From NCBI GenBank assembly GCA_963708305.1, contig CAVPSH010000003.1:561812-625811 (forward strand): a stretch of 64,000 bases of DNA, written 5' to 3'. Below, piece by piece: positions 8,903 to 18,998 of this stretch. Under the pieces are notes generated by a model. That model saw nothing but the letters and a program-made list of their open reading frames with translations. It was not told the origin of the DNA and ran no database searches. The stretch's first letter is position 1; each line of letters begins with the position of its first letter. Origin of the DNA: an uncultured bacterium. Lineage in GTDB: Bacteria > Verrucomicrobiota > Verrucomicrobiia > Limisphaerales > UBA11358. Made by a program: the position numbers and the translations under genes.

Positions 8903-10246
8903 ATGAAACCGCGCGTTCGTTTTGCGCCGTCGCCGACCGGTTACCTGCACATCGGCGGGGCGCGCACGGCCCTGTTTAACTGGCTTTACGCCCGCCACAC
9001 CGGCGGCACGTTCCTCCTCCGCATTGAGGACACTGACGCCGCGCGCAATTCGCAGGAGGCCGTGGACGTCATCCTGAACGGCCTGCGCTGGCTCGGCCTC
9101 GATTGGGATGAAGGCCCGCTTACCGGTGACGCCACCGGGGCCGGCAAGGGCGACCGCGGCCCGTATTTTCAAAGCCAGCGGAAGGAAAATTACCAGCGCC
9201 GTGTCGAGGCGCTGCTGTCACGCGGCCTGGCCTATGAACACGAAGGCGCGGTGAAATTCAAAATGACCCGCGAGCCCGTCACCATCCGTGACCTCCTCGT
9301 CGGCGACGTGATCCGCAAGCTGACCGATCGCGAGGAGCAGGACCCGGACTTCGTGATTCAGCGCTCGGACGGCCAGCCGGTATTTCACCTCACGAACGTC
9401 GTGGACGACTTGGAAATGGGCATCACACACGTCATCCGCGGCGAGGATCACCTGAGCAACACTGCCCGGCACATTGCGCTCTTCCGAGCCTTTGACGTGC
9501 ATCCGCCGCATTACGCACACATCCCGCTGATTCTGAACGCCGACGGCACCAAGATGAGCAAGCGCGACACCGGCGCGTCGCTGACGAATTATCTTGAGGA
9601 AGGATTCCTGCCGGAAGCCGTCGTGAATTACCTGTGCCTGCTCGGCTGGTCGCCGAAGAACAATCGCGAAAAAATGTCGCTCGGTGAAACCATTGAAGCC
9701 TTCGACCTGCCGCAAATCCTCCGGCACAACGCGCGGTTCGATCATGAAAAACTGCTCTGGTTGCAGGGCGAATATGCGCGCGAGTTGAACGACGACCGCT
9801 TTTACGAACTGGCCGTCCACGCCTTTGCCAAGGCCGGTATTGACACAAACCAGTTTCCGTTGAGTTACGTCAAAGCCACGCTCGACACCTGCAAAGGCAA
9901 ATTCAAATTGTTCAGTGAGCTGCCGGTTTACGCCGGTTTTTATTTCAAGGATACCTTCGCTTACAACCCCGACGGTATGAAAAAGGATTTCATTCCCGAA
10001 AACAAACCGCGCTTGGAAAAACTCCGCGATGCGTTTGCCGCCGCACCGAGGTTTGACGCCGCGACCCTCGAAGCCGCGCTCAAGGAAACCGCCAAGGCAC
10101 TGGGTGTGAAAGCCGGCGTATTGGTGCATCCTTGCCGGCTCGCCTGCACCGGAGACACCGCGGGGCCCAGCCTGTATCACCTGCTTGAAGTGCTGGGTAA
10201 AGAGAAGGCGCTGGCGCGGATAGAGCGGGCGCTTACAAACTTCTGA
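8903..10246 (+). CDS. gltX: Glutamate--tRNA ligase
   Basis: RFAPSPTGYLHIGGARTAL, LRIEDTD, HVIRGEDHL, KMSKR; anticodon-binding domain present. Confidence 0.96.
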   Translation: MKPRVRFAPSPTGYLHIGGARTALFNWLYARHTGGTFLLRIEDTDAARNSQEAVDVILNGLRWLGLDWDEGPLTGDATGAGKGDRGPYFQSQRKENYQRRVEALLSRGLAYEHEGAVKFKMTREPVTIRDLLVGDVIRKLTDREEQDPDFVIQRSDGQPVFHLTNVVDDLEMGITHVIRGEDHLSNTARHIALFRAFDVHPPHYAHIPLILNADGTKMSKRDTGASLTNYLEEGFLPEAVVNYLCLLGWSPKNNREKMSLGETIEAFDLPQILRHNARFDHEKLLWLQGEYARELNDDRFYELAVHAFAKAGIDTNQFPLSYVKATLDTCKGKFKLFSELPVYAGFYFKDTFAYNPDGMKKDFIPENKPRLEKLRDAFAAAPRFDAATLEAALKETAKALGVKAGVLVHPCRLACTGDTAGPSLYHLLEVLGKEKALARIERALTNF

Positions 10247-10251
10247 AGGTC

Positions 10252-10325
10252 GGTAGGGCGCGTTGCTCCGCGCGCGCGGATTTGGATTGGTAGACGACGG
10301 CGCGCACGGAGTGACGCGCCCTACC
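10252..10325. repeat. REP-like doublet, family A
   Basis: ggtagggcgcgttgctccgcgcgcgc...cggcgcgcacggagtgacgcgccctacc immediately after the gltX stop. Confidence 0.9.
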
Positions 10326-10516
10326 AAAAGGACTTTCATAGCACGAGAATCCATTCGCCATGAATGAAGTGTAAAAAGATGAATTGAAATGAAAAGTGCT
10401 TTGATGTGCTAAAAAATCCTTCACCCACTTCGCGGCCTTCGCGCGACATCTTTGTAAGACCCGTTCATTCCTAAGATTGCACACTCGCTAATTTCAGCTA
10501 GAATTGTCGGACATAC

Positions 10517-11347
10517 ATGCCGCTCAGAAAACAACGCAGGGTTTCCACCGAAGCAATCATGGCCCTGTGCCTTCACTGGCTGTTGACCGTTGTGTTCGCG
10601 GCCTCCTTTGTGCTCGTGGTGGTGATGCTGTTCAAGCCGTTGAAACTTCCCGGCAACCCCGGCTGGCCGGAATTGTTGCTGCTGGCGTCGGGCGTGGCCT
10701 GTACCATCACCGCGCTGGCGCAACGGTTGCCGCTGCAAAACGTCCTGTTGTCCGTGTTCCTCATCGCCGTACTCGGCGGCGCGGTACATGCCTTGGGCGC
10801 AATTACCGGCATCCCGTTCGGTCCGTTCGAGTTTAGCGAGAACATCGGGCCGCAGGTTTTTCAAACGCTGCCGTGGGCCGTGCCGTTAATCTGGATTTTG
10901 GCCGTTCTCAACGCGCGCGGTGTGGCTCGGCTCATCCTGCGTCCATGGCGGAAAATCAACGCTTACGGTTTCTGGATCATAGGAGTGACAGCGGCGCTGA
11001 CACTGCTTTTCGATTTTGCCCTGGAACCATTTGCTTCCCGGGTGAAACATGATTGGCTGTGGACGCCAACAAAATTTCCGATCAATTGGCAGGGTGCGCC
11101 CGTGTCGAATTTTCTGGCCTGGGCGGCGGTGTCGGTGCTCATCTCGGTGGTCATTGCCCCCGCCTTGATCAACAAGCAGCCGGGCAAGAAAAACACGCCC
11201 GATTTTCATCCGTTCGCGATCTGGCTGGGCGCGATTTTGCTGTTCGCCACCGGTTGCGCCCAGGACGGACTTTTGTCCGCCGCCGTGGCGGATGGGGTTC
11301 TGGCGGCCATCGTCACGGTGTTCGCCATTCGGGGCGGGACCTGGTGA
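10517..11347 (+). CDS. Membrane protein, CruF-like carotenoid biosynthesis family (start may be 10559)
   Basis: Multi-TM; TGIPFG.FEFS..GP, LPWAVPLIW, D.ALEP, W.W...GAPVSNF.AW resemble CruF/DUF422 motifs. Confidence 0.65.
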   Translation: MPLRKQRRVSTEAIMALCLHWLLTVVFAASFVLVVVMLFKPLKLPGNPGWPELLLLASGVACTITALAQRLPLQNVLLSVFLIAVLGGAVHALGAITGIPFGPFEFSENIGPQVFQTLPWAVPLIWILAVLNARGVARLILRPWRKINAYGFWIIGVTAALTLLFDFALEPFASRVKHDWLWTPTKFPINWQGAPVSNFLAWAAVSVLISVVIAPALINKQPGKKNTPDFHPFAIWLGAILLFATGCAQDGLLSAAVADGVLAAIVTVFAIRGGTW

Positions 11348-11350
11348 TTA

Positions 11351-12691
11351 CTACGACGTTCCCGGCCTTCTCAGAAATTCCGTCTCCGCCGGGTGTTTGG
11401 TGATTTTCAGTCGCGCTACGCGCGGGCCGTCCATTTCCTCCACCCGCAATTCATAGGGACCGACCCTGACAATGTCGCCGGCCCTGGGAAAGCCGCTGAG
11501 TTTTCGCGTCAGCCAGCCGCTGGCGGTCGCGATGCCTTCCTCGTGAGGTGTTTCGCCGATGATTTTTTCCAGCCCATGCAACGGCAAGGCGCCGGCGGCT
11601 TCCCAGACATTTTCACTCAGGCGCACCAGCTCCGGCTTTTCCTGATCGAATTCGTCCTGAATCTGGCCGACGAGTTCCTCCAGCACGTTTTCCAGGGTTA
11701 CAATGCCGACCGTGCCGCCGTATTCATCCACGATGATGGCGAAATGCAATTTCCGTTCGAGAAACAACTGTAACAATTTTTCCAGCCGCCCCGATTCAGG
11801 CACATAAACCAGCTTGCGCGCCACCGGCAACAAATCCACCGCCGTTCCCGATGGATTCCGTGCAGCCGGATAAAGGTCCTTGACGTGCACCACGCCGCGC
11901 GTTTTGTCCAAATCGCCATTTTCGCAAAGCGGAAAGCGCGAGTAGCGCGTTTCCTCCGCCAGGGCCAGGCAGTCGGCCAATGTTGCATTGGTGTCGAAGG
12001 CGGTGATTTCGTGGCGCGGCCGCATGACTTCGCGCACGACGCGATGACGCAGGTCGAGCGCGTTCAGGATGAGATTGCGCCCGCCGGCCGCGCTGCGGGT
12101 GGCGGCGAGCACCAGGCGCAATTCGTCCTCCGACGGCGCGGTGCGCCATTCGTCCTCCGAAAAGCCCAGCCGCCGGATTACGAACTGGGACGAGCGATGC
12201 AGCAGCCAGATAAACGGGTAGGAGAAACGGTAAAACCAGTTCAGTGGCGCGGCGACCCACAACGACGTAGGCAACGTGCGCCGGATGGCAATCGCCTTCG
12301 GCACCAATTCACCGACCACAATCAGCAGGTAACAGTTCACAAAGAAACCGACGCCGATGGCGATGCCGCGCTGGGCTCCCAACGAAGTGATTTTAAGCAG
12401 GTCAAAGAGCGGACCCAGCAGGTCCCGGAACACCGGCTCGACCACCACGCCGACCGCCATGCTCACCAGCGTGATGCCGAATTGCGTCGTGCTGATGTAA
12501 GTGTCGATGTGCGCGACAATATGCCGCGCCATTTTCGCCCGGCGATTGCCCTTGGCTTCCAGCGCCGCCAGTTGCGTGTCCCGGATGCGCACCAGGGCCA
12601 GTTCCGCGGCGACAAAAAACGCGTTCAGCAGCACGAGCAGAATCACCGCCAGCAGTTCCAGGGCGTTGTGGATGAGCGGATTCGGATTCAT
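11351..12691 (-). CDS. HlyC/CorC (CNNM-CBS-CorC) family transporter
   Basis: LNAFFVAAELAL, GELVPK, VMRPR, YSRFP, VDEYGGT.G..T.E.VLEELVG.I.DEFD, CorC C-terminal domain. Confidence 0.92.
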   Translation of the reverse strand: MNPNPLIHNALELLAVILLVLLNAFFVAAELALVRIRDTQLAALEAKGNRRAKMARHIVAHIDTYISTTQFGITLVSMAVGVVVEPVFRDLLGPLFDLLKITSLGAQRGIAIGVGFFVNCYLLIVVGELVPKAIAIRRTLPTSLWVAAPLNWFYRFSYPFIWLLHRSSQFVIRRLGFSEDEWRTAPSEDELRLVLAATRSAAGGRNLILNALDLRHRVVREVMRPRHEITAFDTNATLADCLALAEETRYSRFPLCENGDLDKTRGVVHVKDLYPAARNPSGTAVDLLPVARKLVYVPESGRLEKLLQLFLERKLHFAIIVDEYGGTVGIVTLENVLEELVGQIQDEFDQEKPELVRLSENVWEAAGALPLHGLEKIIGETPHEEGIATASGWLTRKLSGFPRAGDIVRVGPYELRVEEMDGPRVARLKITKHPAETEFLRRPGTS

Positions 12692-12773
12692 GCTTTAATC
12701 GTCCTCGTGCTCGTCCTCGTCCTCGGAAAATCCTGGTTTCGAGAACGAAAACGAGAAAGGGAAGGAGTCATTT

Positions 12774-13763
12774 TCACAATTTCACCTCGCCAAACATGAC
12801 TTTGAGGATGTCTTCCAGCGTGACCACGCCCGATTCGTGCCGGTCCCGGCTCAGGACGATGGCCAGCCGTTCACCCGCGCGTTGCATCCGCCGCAACGCG
12901 ACTTCCAGGCGCGTGTCTTCATCCAAGAACAGCGCGGGCGTCATGTGGGCGGCGGCGGGTTTTTGCAAATCCAGATCGTCGCGGAACAACAGCGGTCCCA
13001 GCAGGAGCATTCCCGCAATGCGCTGTTGGCCGGCGCGCGTTTCCCAGACCGGCAGGCGCGAGAATTTCCGTTCGCGCGCCAGAACCAGCGCGTTGCCGAT
13101 GGGCGTCTGGGTTTCGACCGTCACCACCTGGGCCAGGGGCATGGCGATCTGCCGGACGGTGAAATTTTGCAAATCGAGCACGCGATTGATCATGGCGCGT
13201 TCGCCGGTCGTGAGGGCCTGCGCGGATTCCTGCATCACCGCGCGCATTTCCTCGCGGTTGCCGAAGGGGCGGCCGGTGAACGCGTGTCCGCCGGTCCAGC
13301 GCAACACGCCGGCCGCCGTGGTTTCAACCACCGCCACCAGCGGTCGCAGGACAAAATGGACGGGCCGGAAAATCCTGGCCGCCGAAAGGCACAACTGGTT
13401 GGGATGCGCGCGAAACAGCATTTTCGGCAGCAGATCGAACAACGCGTAGAACAAAAACACAATCGCGATGAAGAGGGCGGTGATCAAAAGGTAATGCCCC
13501 GGAAATCGGTCGTGCAGGGTGGCGACGACCCAGCCAAGGATGATGAAGTTGGCGAGGGTATTGCCGACAAGAATGGTCCAGAGAAAATTTTCCGGATGTT
13601 CGAGAAAATCGTGGAGCAGTTTGGCCGACGGCCGGCCCGCCCGGGCCAGGTGCCGCACCCGTAACCGGTTCAGCGCAAACACGCCCGCTTCCATACCCGA
13701 CAACAGAAATGACAGCGCCAGGCACGCCGCCAGAAACAACCCGGTTAGTATCGAGGTTTCCAT
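12774..13763 (-). CDS. CNNM (DUF21)-CBS protein without CorC domain
   Basis: SFLLSGMEAG, TILVGNTLAN, LLPK, FSRLPV, GVVTLEDIL. Confidence 0.88.
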   Translation of the reverse strand: METSILTGLFLAACLALSFLLSGMEAGVFALNRLRVRHLARAGRPSAKLLHDFLEHPENFLWTILVGNTLANFIILGWVVATLHDRFPGHYLLITALFIAIVFLFYALFDLLPKMLFRAHPNQLCLSAARIFRPVHFVLRPLVAVVETTAAGVLRWTGGHAFTGRPFGNREEMRAVMQESAQALTTGERAMINRVLDLQNFTVRQIAMPLAQVVTVETQTPIGNALVLARERKFSRLPVWETRAGQQRIAGMLLLGPLLFRDDLDLQKPAAAHMTPALFLDEDTRLEVALRRMQRAGERLAIVLSRDRHESGVVTLEDILKVMFGEVKL

Positions 13764-13765
13764 TT

Positions 13766-15001
13766 CTATTTCACGCTTTCCACCAACAATTCCCGGACAC
13801 GCCGGTCGTCAACCACCTGGGCCGTCAGTTTCAAGCCGTTGAACGTCGCGGATTCACCAGTGTTGGGCACGACCCCCAGCAGATGCACGAGCAGTCCACC
13901 CATCGTTTCGGCTTCGGCCACGCTGCCCAGCGCGGGGTATTCGCGGCGGAAATCGTCCAGCCGCATGGTGCCGTTCACGCGCCAGCGGCCCGGCGTCAGT
14001 TTTTCCATCACGAAGCCTTCCGGTTGCCGCGCTTCGGCGCGGATTTTGCCGACGATCTGGCCCAGAATGTCCTCCATGGTCACGATGCCCGCCGTGCTGC
14101 CGAATTCATCCAGCACCACGGCCAGGCCGCGCTGCTGCTTCTGCAGGCTCTGGAACAATTGCAGCAGATTCATCGTCTCGGGCACGAACGACGGCAATTC
14201 AATCGCGTCGGCCAGGTCAATCCTGGGATCCAGCAGCAACGCGCGTGTGTTCAGAATGCCGACGATGGTGTCCGGGGTCTCGTCGTAGATTGGCAGGCGG
14301 CGGTGTTTGAATTTTCTCGCGGCGGCAATCATTTCTTCAACGGTCGCATCGTCCGAAATGCACGCCATGCCGGTGCGCGGCCGCATGACGTCGCGCACCA
14401 TGCGTTGGTCGAGGCTGACAATTTGCAGGATGATTTCCTTTTCCGACTCGGCCAGGGTGCCCTGCTGGTACGCCATTTCGAGCAGCTCGTGATAATCCCC
14501 GTCGGTGAGCGCGGGCGTTGGCTTCACGAATTGCGGCGCGGCCAGTTTTAAAATCACCTCATTCATTTTCTGCGCCACCTGGCGCAAGGGGGTGGTGAAT
14601 CTTTGGAAAAGCAGCAACAGCCAGCCGGTACGCCGCGCCCAGCGTTCCGGCTGGCGCACGGCCAGCGTTTTGGGCAGGACTTCGCAGCCGATGAGAATCA
14701 GCGCCAGCAGCAGCGTCACCGTCAACAGGAACGGCCACCGGCCGTCAAACACCATCTGCAGTGCCACCGCGAGCATGGCGGCGTTGGCGAAGGTGTTGCC
14801 GAGCGCCATGGTGGCCAGCAAATCCTGCGGTTGTTCGAGCAGCCGCGCCACGATGGCGCCCCCGCGCCGATGGTGCTCGGCCAGTTGGCGCGCCTGCCAT
14901 TTGCTGAGGGAAAGCAACGCCGCCTCGGCCAGCGCGAAAAAGAAACTCGCGCCGGCAGAAATCAAAATCACCACCACCGCCGTCACCACCGCGGGCTCCA
15001 T
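13766..15001 (-). CDS. HlyC/CorC (CNNM-CBS-CorC) family transporter
   Basis: FFALAEAALLSL, LGNTFAN, EVLPK, VMRPR, LDEFGSTAGIVTMEDIL. Confidence 0.9.
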   Translation of the reverse strand: MEPAVVTAVVVILISAGASFFFALAEAALLSLSKWQARQLAEHHRRGGAIVARLLEQPQDLLATMALGNTFANAAMLAVALQMVFDGRWPFLLTVTLLLALILIGCEVLPKTLAVRQPERWARRTGWLLLLFQRFTTPLRQVAQKMNEVILKLAAPQFVKPTPALTDGDYHELLEMAYQQGTLAESEKEIILQIVSLDQRMVRDVMRPRTGMACISDDATVEEMIAAARKFKHRRLPIYDETPDTIVGILNTRALLLDPRIDLADAIELPSFVPETMNLLQLFQSLQKQQRGLAVVLDEFGSTAGIVTMEDILGQIVGKIRAEARQPEGFVMEKLTPGRWRVNGTMRLDDFRREYPALGSVAEAETMGGLLVHLLGVVPNTGESATFNGLKLTAQVVDDRRVRELLVESVK

Positions 15002-15066
15002 GCGAGCAGTCTAAATGAAACCATCTGAAGTCCAAAGTCCAAAGTCCCACGGTCGTTTTGGACCCG

Positions 15067-15444
15067 TCAACCTTCCAAAATCGCCGTGGCCGCCGCGTAA
15101 TTCGCGGTATGGCTCAGGCTGACCAGCAGCCGTTTCGCGCCACGCGCGGCGAACAATTGTTCACCCTTGCCGTGCAGCACTACGAACGGTTCACCGGATT
15201 CCTTGCGCCGGATTTCCATGTCCTGCCAGCCGAGCGCCGCGCCGATGCCGGTGCCGAACGCCTTGGAGATGGCTTCCTTGGCCGCGAACCGCGCAGCCAG
15301 AAACGGCCCGGGCGTTTTATGTGAGAGACAGTAGGCAATTTCGCCCGGCAGCAAAATCCGGTTTACGAACCGCTCGCCGAATTTTTCGTAGGACGAAGCG
15401 ATGCGTTTCACTTCGATAATGTCAATGCCGGTGCCCAGGATCAT
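15067..15444 (-). CDS. acpS: Holo-ACP synthase
   Basis: GTGIDIIE, LAARFAAKEAISKAFGTGIG, VSLSH. Confidence 0.95.
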   Translation of the reverse strand: MILGTGIDIIEVKRIASSYEKFGERFVNRILLPGEIAYCLSHKTPGPFLAARFAAKEAISKAFGTGIGAALGWQDMEIRRKESGEPFVVLHGKGEQLFAARGAKRLLVSLSHTANYAAATAILEG

Positions 15445-15480
15445 TTGCGGTTTACGATTTACGATTTACGATTTACGGTT
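15443..15480. repeat. Heptamer tract (ATTTACG)n abutting the acpS start codon
   Basis: Minus strand reads aaccgtaaatcgtaaatcgtaaatcgtaaaccgcaaATG. Confidence 0.8.
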
Positions 15481-15505
15481 GACGCGCAAGGAAACTTGAT
15501 TATCC

Positions 15506-15563
15506 GGGAGGGTCGCCGTGTCGGCGACCCAAATTTAAGGGACAGCGGCACGCCGTCCCTCCC
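15506..15563. repeat. GGAG-capped palindromic doublet
   Basis: gggagggtcgccgtgtcggcgaccc ... gggacagcggcacgccgtccctccc between pdxJ and acpS. Confidence 0.75.
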
Positions 15564-15568
15564 AAAAC

Positions 15569-16372
15569 TTACCCGCGATAATTCTTCATCAGCGCCAGCA
15601 TTTCCTTCACGGCCATTTCCAATCCGATGAGGACCGCCCGGCTGACAATGCTGTGGCCGATGTTCAGTTCCACCAGATGCGGGACAGCAAACAAGGCAGG
15701 CAGATTTTCGTAATTCAATCCATGCCCGGCGTTCACTTTCAAGCCGAGCGCATGCGCCTGTTTTGCGCCGGCAATGAGGCGCTGTAACTCAGTCGAGAGT
15801 CGAGGGTCGAGGGTCGAGGGTGAAACTTCCGTGTCGCCTGGCTCTCGACCCTCGACCTTCGACCTTCGACCAATTTGAAATTCCTCCGCAAACTGACCGG
15901 TGTGCAACTCCACAAACTGGCTGCCGACCCGGGCGCTGGCTTCAATCTGCTTTTCATCCGGCGCAATGAACAGACTCACCTCAATACCCGCGTCGTTCAT
16001 TTTTTTGCGCGTCTCGGTCAGGGATTTTTCGGCGGCGGCAACTTCCAGTCCGCCTTCGGTCGTCACTTCCGTCCGCCGTTCGGGCACGAGGCAGACGATG
16101 TCCGGCTTCAATTTCAACGCGAGGGTGATGATTTCCGGCACGTTGGCCATTTCGAGGTTCAGGCGGGTTTTGACCGTTTCGCGCAGTTTCAAAACATCAC
16201 GGTCCTGAATATGTCGCCGGTCTTCGCGCAGGTGCGCGGTGATGCCGTGCGCGCCGGCGGCTTCGCAAATCCGCGCGGCCGCGACCGGGTCCGGCTCGCC
16301 GAATCCGCGCCCGCGGTAACGTGCTTCGCGAATTGTCGCGACGTGGTCAATGTTGACACCCAGTTTCAGCAT
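15569..16372 (-). CDS. pdxJ: Pyridoxine 5'-phosphate synthase with a ~27-aa repeat-derived insertion
   Basis: [50 protein letters not shown]. Confidence 0.95.
   Translation of the reverse strand: MLKLGVNIDHVATIREARYRGRGFGEPDPVAAARICEAAGAHGITAHLREDRRHIQDRDVLKLRETVKTRLNLEMANVPEIITLALKLKPDIVCLVPERRTEVTTEGGLEVAAAEKSLTETRKKMNDAGIEVSLFIAPDEKQIEASARVGSQFVELHTGQFAEEFQIGRRSKVEGREPGDTEVSPSTLDPRLSTELQRLIAGAKQAHALGLKVNAGHGLNYENLPALFAVPHLVELNIGHSIVSRAVLIGLEMAVKEMLALMKNYRG
15791..15871. repeat. Heptamer inverted repeat (GTCGAGG)n ... (CCTCGAC)n inside pdxJ
   Basis: agtcgagagtcgagggtcgagggtcgaggg, spacer, then ctctcgaccctcgaccttcgaccttcgacc. Confidence 0.88.
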
Positions 16373-16522
16373 TTCAAAAAGATGGCATTTCGTGCCAAAA
16401 GCGCCTTGGTTTGGCAAATCATTATATTCCAATTACTGCCGTTCGCCGAATCCGATCTGGTGTGCTGGATTAGTCATGTTTCGCTTGTTGGCTGCTGGCG
16501 AAAACGTTGGTAATCTCACTTT

Positions 16523-18952
16523 GTGAAACGCCCGCTGGTCAGCGTCGTTTCGTGCTACGTTGTCGGTTTGCTGCTCGCCGGAATTTTTCATCTGCCGCTC
16601 GGCCTGCTGTTCGCCGTCTCTTTTCTCGTCCTCGTTCTCGCTCTCGTCCTCGGGAAACTCCGTCCCTGGCTGATTTGGCCGCTGATCGTGCTGGCGGGCT
16701 GGACGAATCTCGCCAGCCGCACTGCTATTATTCCGCCGCATGACCTGCGCGCGGTGCTCGGCGATGACACCGCCATCGCCACGGTGCGCGGGACGTTGCT
16801 GGAAACACCCCACATCAAAATCATCGAACGCGACGGGCGGGAGACCGAACACTCGCTGGCCCAGGTCAAAGTAACCGAACTGCGCCGCGGAGAAAGCTGG
16901 CAACCAGTTGCCGGCGAAATCATCGTTACCACGCCCGACACATTGCCCGCCAATTTCTTTGCCGGCCAGCCGGTGGAAGTCACGGGCGTCATCACCCGGC
17001 CGCCATCGCCGCTGGCCGAAGGCCTTTTTGATTACCGCCACTATCTTGAAACGCGTGGGATTTATTACCAGCTCAAGACGGGCTCCACAAATGATTGGCA
17101 ATTACGGGAGCCGCCGTTGACACATCCGCCGTTGACCGACCGGTTTTTGAGCTGGTCAAAGCACACCCTGGCGCTCGGTTTGCCTGTCGAGGACGAACAA
17201 AAGGAGCCGCTGCGGTTGCTGTGGGCGATGACGCTCGGCTGGCGAACGGCGTTCACTGGTGACATCAGCGAACCGTTCCTGCGCGCCGGTACGATGCACT
17301 TGTTTGCCATTGACGGACTGCGTATCGCGCTGATTTCCGGGATGCTCGTGGCGCTGCTCCGCGTGTTGCAGGTTTCGCGCGGCTGGTGTGGGGTCGTGGC
17401 CATTCCGGTCATTTGGTTTTACACCGCGGCGACCGGCTGGGAATCTTCCGCCATCCGCGCGTCGGTGATGATGACCATAATCCTCGGCGGCTGGGCGTTG
17501 AAACGGCCGGGCGACACCGTCAATTCACTCGCCGCCGCGGCGTTCCTCATTTTGCTGTGGGAACCGCGCCAGCTTTTCGAAGCCAGTTTTGAACTTTCGT
17601 TTTTTGTCGTGCTCATCATCGCGCTGATGCTCCCCGCCTTGAACAAAATCATCGACCGAGGGCTGCGCCACGATCCACTCCTGCCGGATGAACTGCTTCC
17701 ACGCTGGCGGCGCGTGCTCACCACGACCTTGCGGATGCTCGGGCGTTATTGCGCGCTTTCGTTCGCAGCATGGGCCGGTTCCATCCCGCTCGCAGCCAAG
17801 TACTTTCACCTGTTCAGCCCGATTTCCACGCCCGCCAACATTGTCGCCGTGCCGCTCGGCACACTGGCTTTGATGAGCAACCTTGGTGCGCTCATCTGCG
17901 GTACCTGGCTGCCTTGGGTGACGGCGTTGTTCAACCACAGCGCGTGGTTTTTTATGGTGGCGATGACCTGGGTCAGCGAGGTCGCCACCAGGATTCCCGG
18001 GGCCTTCTTCTACGTGCCTGAGCCCTCGTGGCTGGAAATCGGAATTTATTACGCCGGGTTGGTGGGCGTGTTAAGCGGCTGGGTTTTGGCGCCCGGACGA
18101 AGAATTGGGAGCGCGGTGGCGTTGGTTCTCATCGTTGCCGGTTATGTCTGGTACTGGCAAACCGCGCGCAACGAGATCAATTTGACAGTCCTGCCGTTGA
18201 ATGGCGGCCATTCGGTGTTTGTGGATGCACCGGGGCAGGAAAACGACTGGCTGGTGGATTGCGGCAATGACGGCGCCGTCGAATTCACGCTCAAGCCATT
18301 TCTCCGGGCGCAAGGCGTGAACACAATCCAACGCCTGGTCTTGACGCATGGCGACGTGAAAGACGTCGGTGGCGCGGCAACTCTCGACCAACTTTTCGGT
18401 ATCGGCGAACTTTGGACCAGTCCCGCGAAGTTTCGCTCGCCGGCTTATCGCGGCATGGTTTCAGATTTTGAAAAGCCACCTGTTCGACATAAAATTTTCA
18501 ATTGTGGCGATTCCGCCGGCGATTGGCGCGCGTTGCATCCGGCTGCCGGAGATAATTTCCCGCGCGCGGATGACAATGCGCTGGTGTTATCCGGAAATTT
18601 TCACGGCACGCGCATTCTGCTGCTGTCCGATCTGGGGCGCGACGGTCAAGGTGCCTTGCTGGCACACACCAACGATTTACGTGCTGACATCGTGATTGCC
18701 GGCCTGCCGAATGACGGTGAACCGCTGGGTGACGAACTGCTGGAGGCAGTTCAACCGAAAGTGATTGTGGTTGCGGACTCGGAGTTTCCGGCGACGGGCC
18801 GGGCCGGTTCTCAACTGAAGGAACGCCTGGCCGGACGCAAGGTACCGGTGATTTACACCCGTTCGGCCGGTGCCGTAACAATTCTTATACGCCCGAAAGG
18901 CTGGGAATTGCGGACGATGGACGGGCGGAAATTCCCATCCACCAATCCATAG
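16523..18952 (+). CDS. comEC: ComEC/Rec2 competence protein (DUF4131-Competence-MBL-like)
   Basis: FDYRHYL, F.RAGTMHLFAIDGL, SAIRASVM, FELSF, LVDCG, THGD; many TM segments. Confidence 0.88.
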   Translation: MKRPLVSVVSCYVVGLLLAGIFHLPLGLLFAVSFLVLVLALVLGKLRPWLIWPLIVLAGWTNLASRTAIIPPHDLRAVLGDDTAIATVRGTLLETPHIKIIERDGRETEHSLAQVKVTELRRGESWQPVAGEIIVTTPDTLPANFFAGQPVEVTGVITRPPSPLAEGLFDYRHYLETRGIYYQLKTGSTNDWQLREPPLTHPPLTDRFLSWSKHTLALGLPVEDEQKEPLRLLWAMTLGWRTAFTGDISEPFLRAGTMHLFAIDGLRIALISGMLVALLRVLQVSRGWCGVVAIPVIWFYTAATGWESSAIRASVMMTIILGGWALKRPGDTVNSLAAAAFLILLWEPRQLFEASFELSFFVVLIIALMLPALNKIIDRGLRHDPLLPDELLPRWRRVLTTTLRMLGRYCALSFAAWAGSIPLAAKYFHLFSPISTPANIVAVPLGTLALMSNLGALICGTWLPWVTALFNHSAWFFMVAMTWVSEVATRIPGAFFYVPEPSWLEIGIYYAGLVGVLSGWVLAPGRRIGSAVALVLIVAGYVWYWQTARNEINLTVLPLNGGHSVFVDAPGQENDWLVDCGNDGAVEFTLKPFLRAQGVNTIQRLVLTHGDVKDVGGAATLDQLFGIGELWTSPAKFRSPAYRGMVSDFEKPPVRHKIFNCGDSAGDWRALHPAAGDNFPRADDNALVLSGNFHGTRILLLSDLGRDGQGALLAHTNDLRADIVIAGLPNDGEPLGDELLEAVQPKVIVVADSEFPATGRAGSQLKERLAGRKVPVIYTRSAGAVTILIRPKGWELRTMDGRKFPSTNP

Positions 18953-18998
18953 TTTCGACGGATTTAAAATCACACATTGGACTAAAAACCACCCCTCT

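Noticed and set aside
16623-16652. (CTCGTY)n hexamer run in comEC as another intragenic repeat insertion
   Set aside because: It resembles the intergenic run at ~12699-12724 but simply encodes LVLVLALVL in a TM helix, so ordinary codon usage explains it equally well.
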